Part shown: positions 5,255 through 12,971 of the stretch, in pieces
Numbering within the stretch: position 1 is the first letter of the stretch
Layout: each line of letters opens with the position of its first letter
Assembly: GCA_009618475.1 (NCBI GenBank)
Contig: WJOV01000156.1
Coordinates: forward strand, 1-13,781
Origin: Methanosarcinales archaeon
Lineage (GTDB): Archaea; Halobacteriota; Syntropharchaeia; Alkanophagales; Methanospirareceae
Length of the DNA stretch: 13,781 nucleotides
Direction of reading: 5' to 3'
Translations under genes and position numbers: made by a program
The notes under the pieces: generated by a model
What the model was told of the DNA's origin: nothing
Seen by the model: only the letters and a program-made list of their open reading frames with translations
Databases searched by the model: none

Positions 5255-6250
5255 CTATACAAATACCAATTTATATCCCTTCTCACCTTTAACTTTCTCT
5301 ACAAGACCGGAAAACCTGAGCCAGTTCAAAAATTTCTTTGCATACGTCTTTTTTGTCAATCCTGACCATTTTTTCCCGTACTCCGATTCCAGAATATTCC
5401 CGAGCGACTGCACGGTTATTTCATCCCCCGGCAGCTTATCTATAACCCTTTTATACGTGGACTGCACTAAATATCCAGTAAATTTTGCTTTGCGTTCGTC
5501 ATCGCTCATAAACGGCGATATTATTATCTTTCCCGCTTCTGTCAACACATAAAAACCTCTACGCGGATGTCCAACAAAACCAAGAGCCTGGCAGCATGCA
5601 AGTTCCGGACTCAATCGTCTTTCCTTTGTCTCAAGACTTCTCGACAGAGTATGAATATCTACACCCGAAGGGGATAAAGCGTTCAGTATCCTGAATATTT
5701 TATCTGCGCTAGGATAAGGGGCAGGCATAGCCCTCTCTTCTCCTTCAACCTTCTCAGCACTTATAACACCGCCTTTATAATACCCCAACCCAACGAAATC
5801 GAGGATGCTTGCAATGGCAGCCCCATAAGTCTTCAAAGTCAGCGGGTTTTTCCATTTCTTATCGTACTGCGAAACTATCTGGCTGCCTATCTCAAAAATC
5901 GTCAGTTTTCCTTTTTCATCCAGCCTTTGCCTGATTACCTGGAAATATTCGATTTTCTCAACCTGGTGCCGCAATACCCTTTTAGCCTCTTCTTCTTCAT
6001 TTCTTATAAGTATCGTATATCTGTCTCCTACTGCGGTAAATCTGAATTTTCTCTCACCTTCAACAAAATCGAGCGATTTCATCGTAGCTATCAAGTTACT
6101 AACAGTGGTTGTGCTTGCATCGATAGCTTCGGCTAACCCATGAGCAGAGAACTCGTTCACTTCAGAAACGAGTTGTAAAGGAATTCCTTTTAAGAGTTCA
6201 TTCGTTTTACCGATACGTAAGTAGGGGAAGCACCCGCTGCTATTTGTCAT
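5255..6250 (-). CDS. Putative DNA-binding protein with about four tandem winged-helix-like domains (possible transcriptional regulator)
   Basis: 331-aa ORF with GGAGGTGA about 10 nt upstream of the ATG. The N-terminus has an HTH-like segment (FSAHGLAEAIDASTTTVSNLIATMKSLDFVE). An internal repeat is visible: IGSQIVSQYDKKWKNPLTLKTYGAAIASILDFVGL vs LGNILESEYGKKWSGLTKKTYAKKFLNWLRFSGL. The family was not identified. Confidence 0.5.
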   Translation of the reverse strand: MTNSSGCFPYLRIGKTNELLKGIPLQLVSEVNEFSAHGLAEAIDASTTTVSNLIATMKSLDFVEGERKFRFTAVGDRYTILIRNEEEEAKRVLRHQVEKIEYFQVIRQRLDEKGKLTIFEIGSQIVSQYDKKWKNPLTLKTYGAAIASILDFVGLGYYKGGVISAEKVEGEERAMPAPYPSADKIFRILNALSPSGVDIHTLSRSLETKERRLSPELACCQALGFVGHPRRGFYVLTEAGKIIISPFMSDDERKAKFTGYLVQSTYKRVIDKLPGDEITVQSLGNILESEYGKKWSGLTKKTYAKKFLNWLRFSGLVEKVKGEKGYKLVFV

Positions 6251-6437
6251 GCCCCTCTTATCACCTCCTTTTCCATTTATTATTTTTGCTTATATCTTTT
6301 TATTTTTATATACTGTGCAATATAGTGAGAAGAGATATTTGATTATTAATTAATGCACCCATGAATTTCGTGACAAAAAATCGAAAATGCCTTATAGAGA
6401 AAAGTGTGAACGTCAGAGGTAAGGAGGAATAGCGGAT
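6251..6437. promoter_or_regulatory. Divergent intergenic control region (TATA-like runs on both strands, 10-bp palindrome ATTAATTAAT, SD AGGAGG)
   Basis: TTTTTATTTTTATATAC lies around 6299-6320. The palindrome lies around 6345-6354. AAGGAGGA at 6421-6428 is 10 nt before ATG 6438. Function is inferred from position only. Confidence 0.35.
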
Positions 6438-7565
6438 ATGGAACTGGAAAGAGAAGAGATACTAAGTGCAATATATCATTGTGTGAAATGCAAGCTGTGC
6501 AGTATTTCGAGTTTCCATCCGAACGAGGAATGGTTACCTTTATGCCCAAGCGGGCAATTTTATGGCTATCAGGCGTTCTACGCACCCGGTAGATTGGAAA
6601 TTTTTAGAGAAATACTGGAGGGTGAGCTATCAGAGCCTACGGAAGGTTTATTGAAAGCGGTCTATGCATGCACGCTATGCGGGGCGTGTTATGAGAAATG
6701 CAAGCAGATAACAAGCGTGGGAATAAGTTTGCCGGAACTATTTGAGAAACAGAGAGAAGAGCTGGTAAAGAAAGGGTGGGCTCTTGACGCTCATAAAAAC
6801 ATTGCGGAAAAGATAAAAGAAACGAGAAATGCGTATGGCGAGAAACATAAATATAAATACGAAGCGAAATCGGTCTACGGGGCGGAGGTTCTCTACTATA
6901 TCGGCTGCACTGCTCGCTACCGGGTGCCGGAAATTGCAGATGCTATGCTGGAAATCTTTGATAAGTTGGGGATAAAATATCAGGTAATGGAAGACGAATG
7001 GTGCTGTGGCTCGGTTTTACTCAGAACGGGGCGGGTAGAAGATGCGAAGGCGCTTATGGCGCACAACGTAGAGGAGATAAAAAATAGCGGGGCGAAGACC
7101 GTTGTTTTCACCTGCCCTGGCTGTTTAATGACGTTCAAGAAGAATTATCCCGATATGGCAGTCGAACTGGTGCATTCCACGCAGTTCTTAACGCGATTGG
7201 GCGATATGAAGGTGAAGAAGCTGGGTATGGAAGTGGCTTATCACGACCCCTGTCATCTGGGTAGGGATTTGGGCATATACGAAGAGCCGAGGGCGCTTTT
7301 AAAAGAAGTTGCGGATGTGAAGGAACTGAAAAGGGAAAGGGAGCAAGCGTGGTGCTGCGGCTCCGGAGGCGGAGTGAAGTCGGCTTATGATGATTTCGCA
7401 CTGTGGAGTGCCGGCGAACGAATAAAAGAAGCAAAGGAGGTGGGTGCCGAAGCGATTGTGAGTGCATGCCCGTTCTGTAAAAGGAATTTGAGGGAAGCGG
7501 GAGAAAAAGAGGAAATGAAAGTTTTTGATGTTGTGGAACTTGTGAACAGGAGTCTGGAGGGGTGA
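6438..7565 (+). CDS. HdrD/GlcF-like iron-sulfur protein (2x 4Fe-4S ferredoxin motifs plus two cysteine-rich CCG domains)
   Basis: 375-aa ORF. Motifs are CVKCKLC...LCP, CTLCGACYEKC, EWCCGS...CPGC and AWCCGSGGG...CPFC. This architecture is typical of heterodisulfide reductase D, glycolate oxidase GlcF and LutA-type subunits. A strong SD is present. Confidence 0.8.
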   Translation: MELEREEILSAIYHCVKCKLCSISSFHPNEEWLPLCPSGQFYGYQAFYAPGRLEIFREILEGELSEPTEGLLKAVYACTLCGACYEKCKQITSVGISLPELFEKQREELVKKGWALDAHKNIAEKIKETRNAYGEKHKYKYEAKSVYGAEVLYYIGCTARYRVPEIADAMLEIFDKLGIKYQVMEDEWCCGSVLLRTGRVEDAKALMAHNVEEIKNSGAKTVVFTCPGCLMTFKKNYPDMAVELVHSTQFLTRLGDMKVKKLGMEVAYHDPCHLGRDLGIYEEPRALLKEVADVKELKREREQAWCCGSGGGVKSAYDDFALWSAGERIKEAKEVGAEAIVSACPFCKRNLREAGEKEEMKVFDVVELVNRSLEG

Positions 7566-8983
7566 TGAACATGAATCAAAATTTCTTAAAGTTTGTGCAT
7601 GCGATAGTAGGCGAAGAGAATGCGACTGACGACAGAGCAATCTGCGCTTCTTATTCGAGAGACCAGCACTGGCACTTTGTTCCTGCGATGAATCCGGCTT
7701 ATGTCGTGCGACCCGCGAACAAAGAAGAAGTGCGGAAGGTTTTAATGCTTGCAAACGAAGGTAAAATACCGGTGATACCTTACAGCACGGGCATAAACGT
7801 ACGAGGATTGACAATTCCGGTTCATGAGGGCAGTATTCTGTTAGACCTGTCAAGGATGAACCGCATCGTGGAAATAAATCCAGAGATGAAGACTGCGACC
7901 GTAGAGCCGGGCGTGACTTTCGGGATGCTCCTTGAAAAGACGAGGAAATACCAGTTGCGACCTGCATTCCCGGATGCACCGCTTACCGTAAGCGTATTGG
8001 CAAATTATTACCTGCGTGGGATATATCAAACTGCGGCGGCGGATGGGCATGACCACACGTTATCGTATGAAATGGTTCTTCCCAACGGGGAGACAATAAA
8101 AACAGGCTCACGGTCTCTTTCCGGGATGCCTTATTTCCGATATGGCGTGGGTCCGGACTTCACCGGTGTTTTCTGCGCTCATCCCGGCACGTGCGGCGTG
8201 GTGACCGAATTGACGGCAAAGCTTTACAGGTTGTATGATAACCGAAACGTCTATTTCATTGGCTTTGACGACGTGAGCACACCAACGAAATTTATTTACA
8301 ATTTGATGCACGACGAGTTGGCTGCGAGTATCAGGTTAGTGGACAATCAGAGCTGGTTGAAAGGGATATGCGGCACTTTTGATTATCGCTATGAGGAGCT
8401 ACCGAAGTTCGTGTTGTGCATGTTGGTGGAAGGGGTGGATGGCATATTCGAGGCGAAGGATAAGTTAGTGGGGGATTATATAAAAGAATCTGGCGGAAAG
8501 GTTTTGGAATTCCCGGAGGAGTTCAAAAGGACCTTCGAGGAAGAGAGTTTAGGCGGTGCGGAGAAGAGCTGCATGGTGTTTGGCTTACGGGGCAATTACC
8601 ATTGCATCGGGCTCTACGGTCCTTTGACGCTGGCTGCGAAATATTATGAACTGCACGAAAAGACGGCGTTGGAAGTTGGAATACCAACTGACCACGTTCA
8701 TTTCTATCTCGACCCGATATACAGTTTTCACGGGCAGCTCTGTTACGTTGAGCTTGATATATTTTACGATGGCAGCGACCTGCGATTCGGGGAGAAGCTG
8801 CGGAATTATAATGAGAAACAATTCAAGAGGTTGCTTGACCTGGGCATTTATGGCTGGTTCAGACCTTATGCCGGGATAATAGAGCCGACGGTAGCACGAA
8901 TAGGGTATCTTGCTGAGGTCTGGAAGAAGTTCCTCAAGGTTTTAGACCCGAATGCGATTATGAACCGCGGGAAACTATTCTAA
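7562..8983 (+). CDS. FAD-linked oxidase/dehydrogenase (GlcD / D-lactate dehydrogenase-like, FAD_binding_4 type)
   Basis: 473-aa ORF that overlaps the upstream stop (GTGATG; the true start may be ATG 7565 or 7571, after GGAGG 7555-7559). The N-terminal region VVRPANKEEVRKVLMLANEGKIPVIPYSTGINVRG...ILLDLSRMNRIVEINPEMKTATVEPGVTF matches the FAD-binding PCMH-type pattern. Confidence 0.75.
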   Translation: MMNMNQNFLKFVHAIVGEENATDDRAICASYSRDQHWHFVPAMNPAYVVRPANKEEVRKVLMLANEGKIPVIPYSTGINVRGLTIPVHEGSILLDLSRMNRIVEINPEMKTATVEPGVTFGMLLEKTRKYQLRPAFPDAPLTVSVLANYYLRGIYQTAAADGHDHTLSYEMVLPNGETIKTGSRSLSGMPYFRYGVGPDFTGVFCAHPGTCGVVTELTAKLYRLYDNRNVYFIGFDDVSTPTKFIYNLMHDELAASIRLVDNQSWLKGICGTFDYRYEELPKFVLCMLVEGVDGIFEAKDKLVGDYIKESGGKVLEFPEEFKRTFEEESLGGAEKSCMVFGLRGNYHCIGLYGPLTLAAKYYELHEKTALEVGIPTDHVHFYLDPIYSFHGQLCYVELDIFYDGSDLRFGEKLRNYNEKQFKRLLDLGIYGWFRPYAGIIEPTVARIGYLAEVWKKFLKVLDPNAIMNRGKLF

Positions 8984-9013
8984 CAAACCTTTTCTTAGAA
9001 AGAACCTCATCTT

Positions 9014-9062
9014 TTTTTCTTTTCCGTAAACGCTTTTCTTTTTCTAAAAGAAAAGGGTTTAT
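9014..9062. repeat. 49-bp direct repeat, copy B (partner 3720-3768), with palindrome at 9033-9055
   Basis: Identical to copy A. Here it ends 2 nt before the ATG of the GNAT gene, and the extended match includes that ATG. Confidence 0.9.
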
Positions 9063-9064
9063 TT

Positions 9065-9550
9065 ATGAGCGAGCTGCGGCTAAAGATAAGAAAGGCAATA
9101 GAGACGGATTTGTCCGACATTGTAAACGTATGGAAGAGGAACATAAAAACGATAAACACAGCTTCAGATATTGCTGATTTGTTCCATTCTTTCGAGAAAT
9201 ATTTCTTTGTCGCTGTTTATACTGATACTGCGGACACGAAGCGGTTTGAGGACAAGGGCAAGGAAAAGGTCATTGGTTTCGTGGGTGGCACCATAAGAAG
9301 TGGGCAGGGGCATATATCGGGTATTGCCGTGGATAAAGAATACAGGATGAAGGGAGTGGGGAAGTTGTTATTAAAGGTTGTGAGTGCGGAATTTCTCGCA
9401 GATGGTCTCGATATAGTTACGCTGGAGGCAAGGAAAAGCGATACGGGTGCAATAAGATTTTACGAAAAACAGGGCTATAAACGGTTATATATCGCAAAAA
9501 AATATTATGCGGATGGTGAGGATGCAATAGTGCATGAGAAGAAGATTTGA
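9065..9550 (+). CDS. GNAT family N-acetyltransferase (RimI-like)
   Basis: 161-aa ORF with the acetyl-CoA-binding motif A context ISGIAVDKEYRMKGVGKLLL and the C-terminal AIRFYEKQGYKR pattern typical of GNAT/RimI proteins. Confidence 0.8.
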   Translation: MSELRLKIRKAIETDLSDIVNVWKRNIKTINTASDIADLFHSFEKYFFVAVYTDTADTKRFEDKGKEKVIGFVGGTIRSGQGHISGIAVDKEYRMKGVGKLLLKVVSAEFLADGLDIVTLEARKSDTGAIRFYEKQGYKRLYIAKKYYADGEDAIVHEKKI

Positions 9551-9579
9551 GTTTTGCTATTTGTACAACTGATGTAAAA

Positions 9580-9741
9580 AACCACGAGATTTCACAAGAA
9601 ACCTTTTCTTAGAAAGAAAAGCTTTACCAACAACTTTTTTACCTTCGGTAAAAACCTTGACTAAAAACATCATATTTGTTTTTCTTTTAGCACAGGTTTT
9701 CTTTTTGTAAAAAAGAAAAAGTGTTGTGTAATCTTGTGGTT
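9580..9741. repeat. Hairpin-rich intergenic repeat element with terminal inverted repeats (MITE-like), copy 2, inverted relative to copy 1
   Basis: Termini are AACCACGAGATTTCACA (9580-9596) and TGTGTAATCTTGTGGTT (9725-9741), matching 15/17 as an inverted repeat. Hairpins lie at 9603-9621 (8 bp, loop AGA), 9636-9654 (8 bp, loop TTC) and 9697-9719 (10 bp, loop GTA). The right end overlaps the ferredoxin stop codon by 2 nt. Confidence 0.7.
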
Positions 9742-9919
9742 ACAACTCCTGCTCCTGCTCCAACGCACCCACCGGGCAGATATTCACACATGCTTTACAG
9801 CTATTGCATTCATCATCCTTCATCTCTATCCACATTCCTATCAAACCTATTGCCTCCGTTGGACAGACCGTAACGCATGCACCACAATATCCACACCTGT
9901 ATCTATCTATTTTTATCAT
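9740..9919 (-). CDS. Small 2x[4Fe-4S] ferredoxin
   Basis: 59 aa from the internal ATG 9919 (MIKIDRYR...). It has two CX2CX2CX3CP motifs (CGYCGACVTVCP, CNSCKACVNICP). The ATG lies 1 nt after the AMMECR1 stop. The longer track ORF (to 10054) would overlap AMMECR1 with an Arg-rich extension that looks non-coding. Confidence 0.8.
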   Translation of the reverse strand: MIKIDRYRCGYCGACVTVCPTEAIGLIGMWIEMKDDECNSCKACVNICPVGALEQEQEL

Positions 9920-9920
9920 C

Positions 9921-10508
9921 TTACTCCTTGAATATCTGCCCCTCAAACGTGCTGACCTCGGTATCTTTCTCCAGCCATGCATCCTGTGACAAGCCTGCTT
10001 TCCAGCACGTCTGGCATAGAAACTCCTCCGACGACCAGTTATTCTCGGTAGCAACTTGAGGAAGCAAAAGCCCTTGATATATCCCCCTCTTTACGATTAA
10101 TCCATGCCTGCCTATTTCTATTTGCCCCGGCAAGTCCTTTGGCTTCGCTTTTAACTCCTGTGGCATCGTGAGTATCGTGATCTCAATAGTTATATCCGCG
10201 AACTCCGCTTTTGTTACCGGCGGAAACCTGGGGTCGCTAACCGCCGCGGATATCGCGGCATCCATAATCGCATCGTTCAGCGTAAATACCGGATATGGAT
10301 AGCCAATACAGCCACGTAGATTGTCGTATTTATTCAACGTGACAAAGACGCCCCTTTTTTCCTCGAAGCGCGAAGGTAAGTCATCAGGCGCTTTTAGCCT
10401 CGTGTTATCTCTCAAATATTTCTCTATTGCCGCGCGTGCAAGCTGTAACCCCTCTTTTCCTTCTTCTTCCGTTAGCATTGACATGGCTTGCTTATTCTCC
10501 ATTATCAA
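9921..10508 (-). CDS. AMMECR1 domain protein
   Basis: 195-aa ORF with the hallmark segments RGVFVTL...LRGCIGYP, DPRFPP, GRHGLIV and GLLLPQV, characteristic of the AMMECR1 family. Confidence 0.85.
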   Translation of the reverse strand: MIMENKQAMSMLTEEEGKEGLQLARAAIEKYLRDNTRLKAPDDLPSRFEEKRGVFVTLNKYDNLRGCIGYPYPVFTLNDAIMDAAISAAVSDPRFPPVTKAEFADITIEITILTMPQELKAKPKDLPGQIEIGRHGLIVKRGIYQGLLLPQVATENNWSSEEFLCQTCWKAGLSQDAWLEKDTEVSTFEGQIFKE

Positions 10509-10519
10509 TTCCAGTTTGA

Positions 10520-10602
10520 TGCGGGGAGCAGGATTCGAACCTGCGAACCCCTTCGGGAGCAGATCTTGAGTCTGCCACCTTTGTCCTCTCGGTAACCCCC
10601 GC
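10520..10602 (-). tRNA. tRNA-Leu (anticodon CAA), class II with long variable arm, no encoded CCA
   Basis: The minus-strand sequence GCGGGGGTTACCGAGAGGACAAAGGTGGCAGACTCAAGATCTGCTCCCGAAGGGGTTCGCAGGTTCGAATCCTGCTCCCCGCA was folded by hand. It gives a 7-bp acceptor stem (one G-U), a 3-bp D stem, anticodon stem GCAGA/TCTGC with loop CTCAAGA, variable arm CCC-GAA-GGG, T arm GCAGG-TTCGAAT-CCTGC and discriminator A. Confidence 0.9.
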
Positions 10603-10624
10603 TATATCATTTTTAAAATTTCCG

Positions 10625-11049
<425 letters not shown>

Positions 11050-11053
<4 letters not shown>

Positions 11054-11382
11054 TTCTTCTCCACCACCACAAAGCTTTTCGTCTTACTCAGCGGTCTGCA
11101 TTCCGCTATCTTCACCACGTCCCCCACTTTTGCATCTATACAGGGTGGATTATGCGCGTGTATCTTTGACCGCCTCTTCTCGTACCGCTCGTATTTCCTT
11201 ATTTTCTTCAGGTAAGACCTCAAAACAACGACCGTCTTCGGCGCTTTATCGCTTACCACCACTCCTTCTATAATTTGTCCCCTCGCCGACAACCTACCAT
11301 GAAAAGGGCAATTGACATCTTCACATTCCTTCTCCGGCATCCTGACGTCTATTCCTATATCTCTCATCTCGTAATTACCCAC
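11050..11382 (-). CDS. rps17: 30S ribosomal protein S17 (uS17)
   Basis: 110-aa [29 protein letters not shown]...[44 protein letters not shown] is the typical archaeal uS17 pattern. Confidence 0.95.
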
Positions 11383-11427
11383 TATTCTATGAACTTATAA
11401 ATAAATCATAAACAATATTTAAGATTT

Positions 11428-11739
11428 TTACTTCTTTATCCGGTCCTCAGGTCTTGAAACAAGCATATCGCCTTTTACTCTCACTCGCACTTCTCCGTTC
11501 AACTCAAAAACGAATATATTCCCTGTCTTTGGTATCTTCTTCTCTTCCCCCCGCTCATTCTCTATAACAAGCATATTCCTCGTCTCGTCCACTACGATTC
11601 CACACAGCCCCTTCACATCGCTATTACTGCTATCTTCCACTTCTGTTCTCAATCCCATCAGCTCATGTCGTAATATATTGTGTGGCTCTGCCCCACGACC
11701 CCGCAAGCCCTGTAAGGGCTTACTCGGTGTTATCTTCAT
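11428..11739 (-). CDS. rnp1: Ribonuclease P protein component 1 (Rpp29/Pop4)
   Basis: 103-aa ORF. ILRHELMGLRTEVEDSSNSDVKGLCGIVVDETRNMLVIE...KIPK matches the archaeal Rpp29 pattern. The position between SUI1 and rps17 is the conserved euryarchaeal one. Confidence 0.85.
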   Translation of the reverse strand: MKITPSKPLQGLRGRGAEPHNILRHELMGLRTEVEDSSNSDVKGLCGIVVDETRNMLVIENERGEEKKIPKTGNIFVFELNGEVRVRVKGDMLVSRPEDRIKK

Positions 11740-11765
11740 TGTATCCGTTTAGCTCTAATCTAAAA

Positions 11766-11777
11766 AATCTCGTGGTT
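11766..11777. repeat. Solo copy of the repeat-element terminus AATCTCGTGGTT inside the ribosomal protein operon
   Basis: A 12-nt exact match to 5232-5243 and to the reverse complement of 9580-9591. As at the other loci it is flanked by an A/T run. It lies in the 62-bp SUI1-Rpp29 spacer. Confidence 0.5.
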
Positions 11778-11801
11778 TCTTTTTTGGATTTGCTACCCTA
11801 A

Positions 11802-12101
11802 CTAATCTATATCCATATATCCCATCTCACGCAGCGCTTTCTTTACCAGTTCCTTTTGGTCACCCTGTAATTCAACGCATCCACCTTTTACCGTGCCACC
11901 ACATGCACATTTTCCCTTCAATTCTTTTGAAAGCCCCCTCAAGTCCACTTCCTTCTCATTTATTCCTTTTATCACCGTAATAATTTTCCCAAACCTTCTC
12001 CTCACCGTTGACACCTTTACCATCTGCTGCTCCTTTGCTATCTCCTTGCAAATGCATAAGTCTTTTGGCAATCCACATTTAGGGCAAACTTCCGTGCTCA
12101 T
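11802..12101 (-). CDS. sui1: Translation initiation factor aSUI1 (eIF1 homologue)
   Basis: 99-aa ORF. An N-terminal Cys knuckle (CPKCGLPKDLCIC) is followed by VKVSTVRRRFGKIITVIKGI...LKGKCACGGTVKGGCVELQGDQ, the typical SUI1 fold signature. Confidence 0.9.
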   Translation of the reverse strand: MSTEVCPKCGLPKDLCICKEIAKEQQMVKVSTVRRRFGKIITVIKGINEKEVDLRGLSKELKGKCACGGTVKGGCVELQGDQKELVKKALREMGYMDID

Positions 12102-12310
12102 TTCTCCTTTTCCCTTCCCTTTTCTCCTTCGGCTGTTTTTATCCTCGCTATTGCCCTTCTTAGCTCACCTACTCTACCCGGATTCTCCGGAGCTCCACCA
12201 GTGGCTATTATCCCACGCTCACGCATCAAATCGGTCATCAAACTCTCCAATTCCTCCCTCCTCTCTTTTTCACTCATCTTTCTTATTTCTTCCATTCTAA
12301 ATATGCTCAT
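12098..12310 (-). CDS. rpl29: 50S ribosomal protein L29 (uL29)
   Basis: 70-aa ORF. EIRKMSEKERREELESL..DLMRER...GGAPENPGRVGELRRAIARIKT is the uL29 pattern. There are 4-nt overlaps with both neighbours. Confidence 0.9.
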   Translation of the reverse strand: MSIFRMEEIRKMSEKERREELESLMTDLMRERGIIATGGAPENPGRVGELRRAIARIKTAEGEKGREKEK

Positions 12311-12666
12311 TCTTTCTTTTCCTTTCCTTCTTCCTCCTTTCCCTCTTCTTCCTTTACGTTCTCATTTATTGCTAATATGCGAAAAGCATCAGGTCTCTTA
12401 GCATCTGGTTTTACTATCCACACCCGCACACCTATAACTCCGGATTTAGTCTTCGCTATTGCATATCCACGGTCCACTATTTCCTCTGCTACCTCGCCAC
12501 AATGCTTTATATAACCGTCAATCATCTTCTCCATTCGACCTCGAGGTCCTTTGAGCTTTCCCGACATGATAATCTCGCACCCTAACGCCCCTTTATCCAT
12601 TATTCGTTGCAGCGTTGACCTGCCTGCCCTTCTGAAATGCCAGCCCCGCTCTATAAGCTTTGGCAA
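12307..12666 (-). CDS. rps3: 30S ribosomal protein S3 (uS3), C-terminal fragment (frame 2 of a frameshifted gene)
   Basis: (L)PKLIERGWHFRRAGRSTLQRIMDKGALGCEIIMSGKL...GYIKHCGE...AKTKSGVIGVRVWI corresponds to the uS3 C-terminal domain. There is no genuine ATG; the track start is a TTG within the overlap. Confidence 0.85.
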   Translation of the reverse strand: MPKLIERGWHFRRAGRSTLQRIMDKGALGCEIIMSGKLKGPRGRMEKMIDGYIKHCGEVAEEIVDRGYAIAKTKSGVIGVRVWIVKPDAKRPDAFRILAINENVKEEEGKEEEGKEKKE

Positions 12667-12958
12667 GTCTATTCGCCATCAACGGCGCACTCAGGTCTGG
12701 CACCGCTATGGGTTGCACGTCTATCTGCGGGTTATCCAGCTCTTGTCTCCTGTTTACGTCGTCGGTTAGCGTTTTTATCCTCCGCCCATCTTTTCCTATT
12801 ATCATCCCCGGCTTCTCGACGTTCACCGTTATCTGCGTGCCCATCGGCGTCCTTTTTATCTCCATTCCTCCATAGCCCGCTCTTTCTAACTCTTTACTGA
12901 AATATTCGTTCATTCTTACTTTCTTTATCCCTTCAGCCACAAATATCTTCTCTATCAC
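12593..12958 (-). CDS. rps3: 30S ribosomal protein S3 (uS3), N-terminal KH-domain fragment (frame 1 of a frameshifted gene)
   Basis: MIEKIFVAEGIKK...MEIKRTPMGTQITVNVEKPGMIIGKDGRRIK...LMANRLAKA is the uS3 N-terminal/KH domain. Homology is lost after LAKA, and 21 unrelated codons follow before the stop. Confidence 0.85.
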   Translation of the reverse strand: MIEKIFVAEGIKKVRMNEYFSKELERAGYGGMEIKRTPMGTQITVNVEKPGMIIGKDGRRIKTLTDDVNRRQELDNPQIDVQPIAVPDLSAPLMANRLAKAYRAGLAFQKGRQVNAATNNG

Positions 12959-12971
12959 TTACTTTCTTCTC

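Noticed and set aside
7135-7979. Long minus-strand ORFs (226 aa, 145 aa, 64 aa) antisense to the HdrD-like and FAD-oxidase genes
   Set aside because: Their composition is Ser/Arg/Pro/Leu-rich and low in complexity, and they have no recognisable motifs. They fully overlap plus-strand genes that have strong family signatures and SD sites, so they are shadow ORFs.
3715-9741. CRISPR array formed by the recurring T/A-rich hairpins
   Set aside because: The repeats are not regularly spaced, they differ in sequence and orientation, and they are separated by whole genes. No cas genes are present.
9920-10054. Long version of the ferredoxin ORF (104 aa, Arg-rich N-terminus MLPRITGRRRSFYARRAG...)
   Set aside because: It overlaps the 3' end of the well-supported AMMECR1 gene in another frame. 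The ferredoxin domain begins at the internal Met (9919), directly after the AMMECR1 stop.
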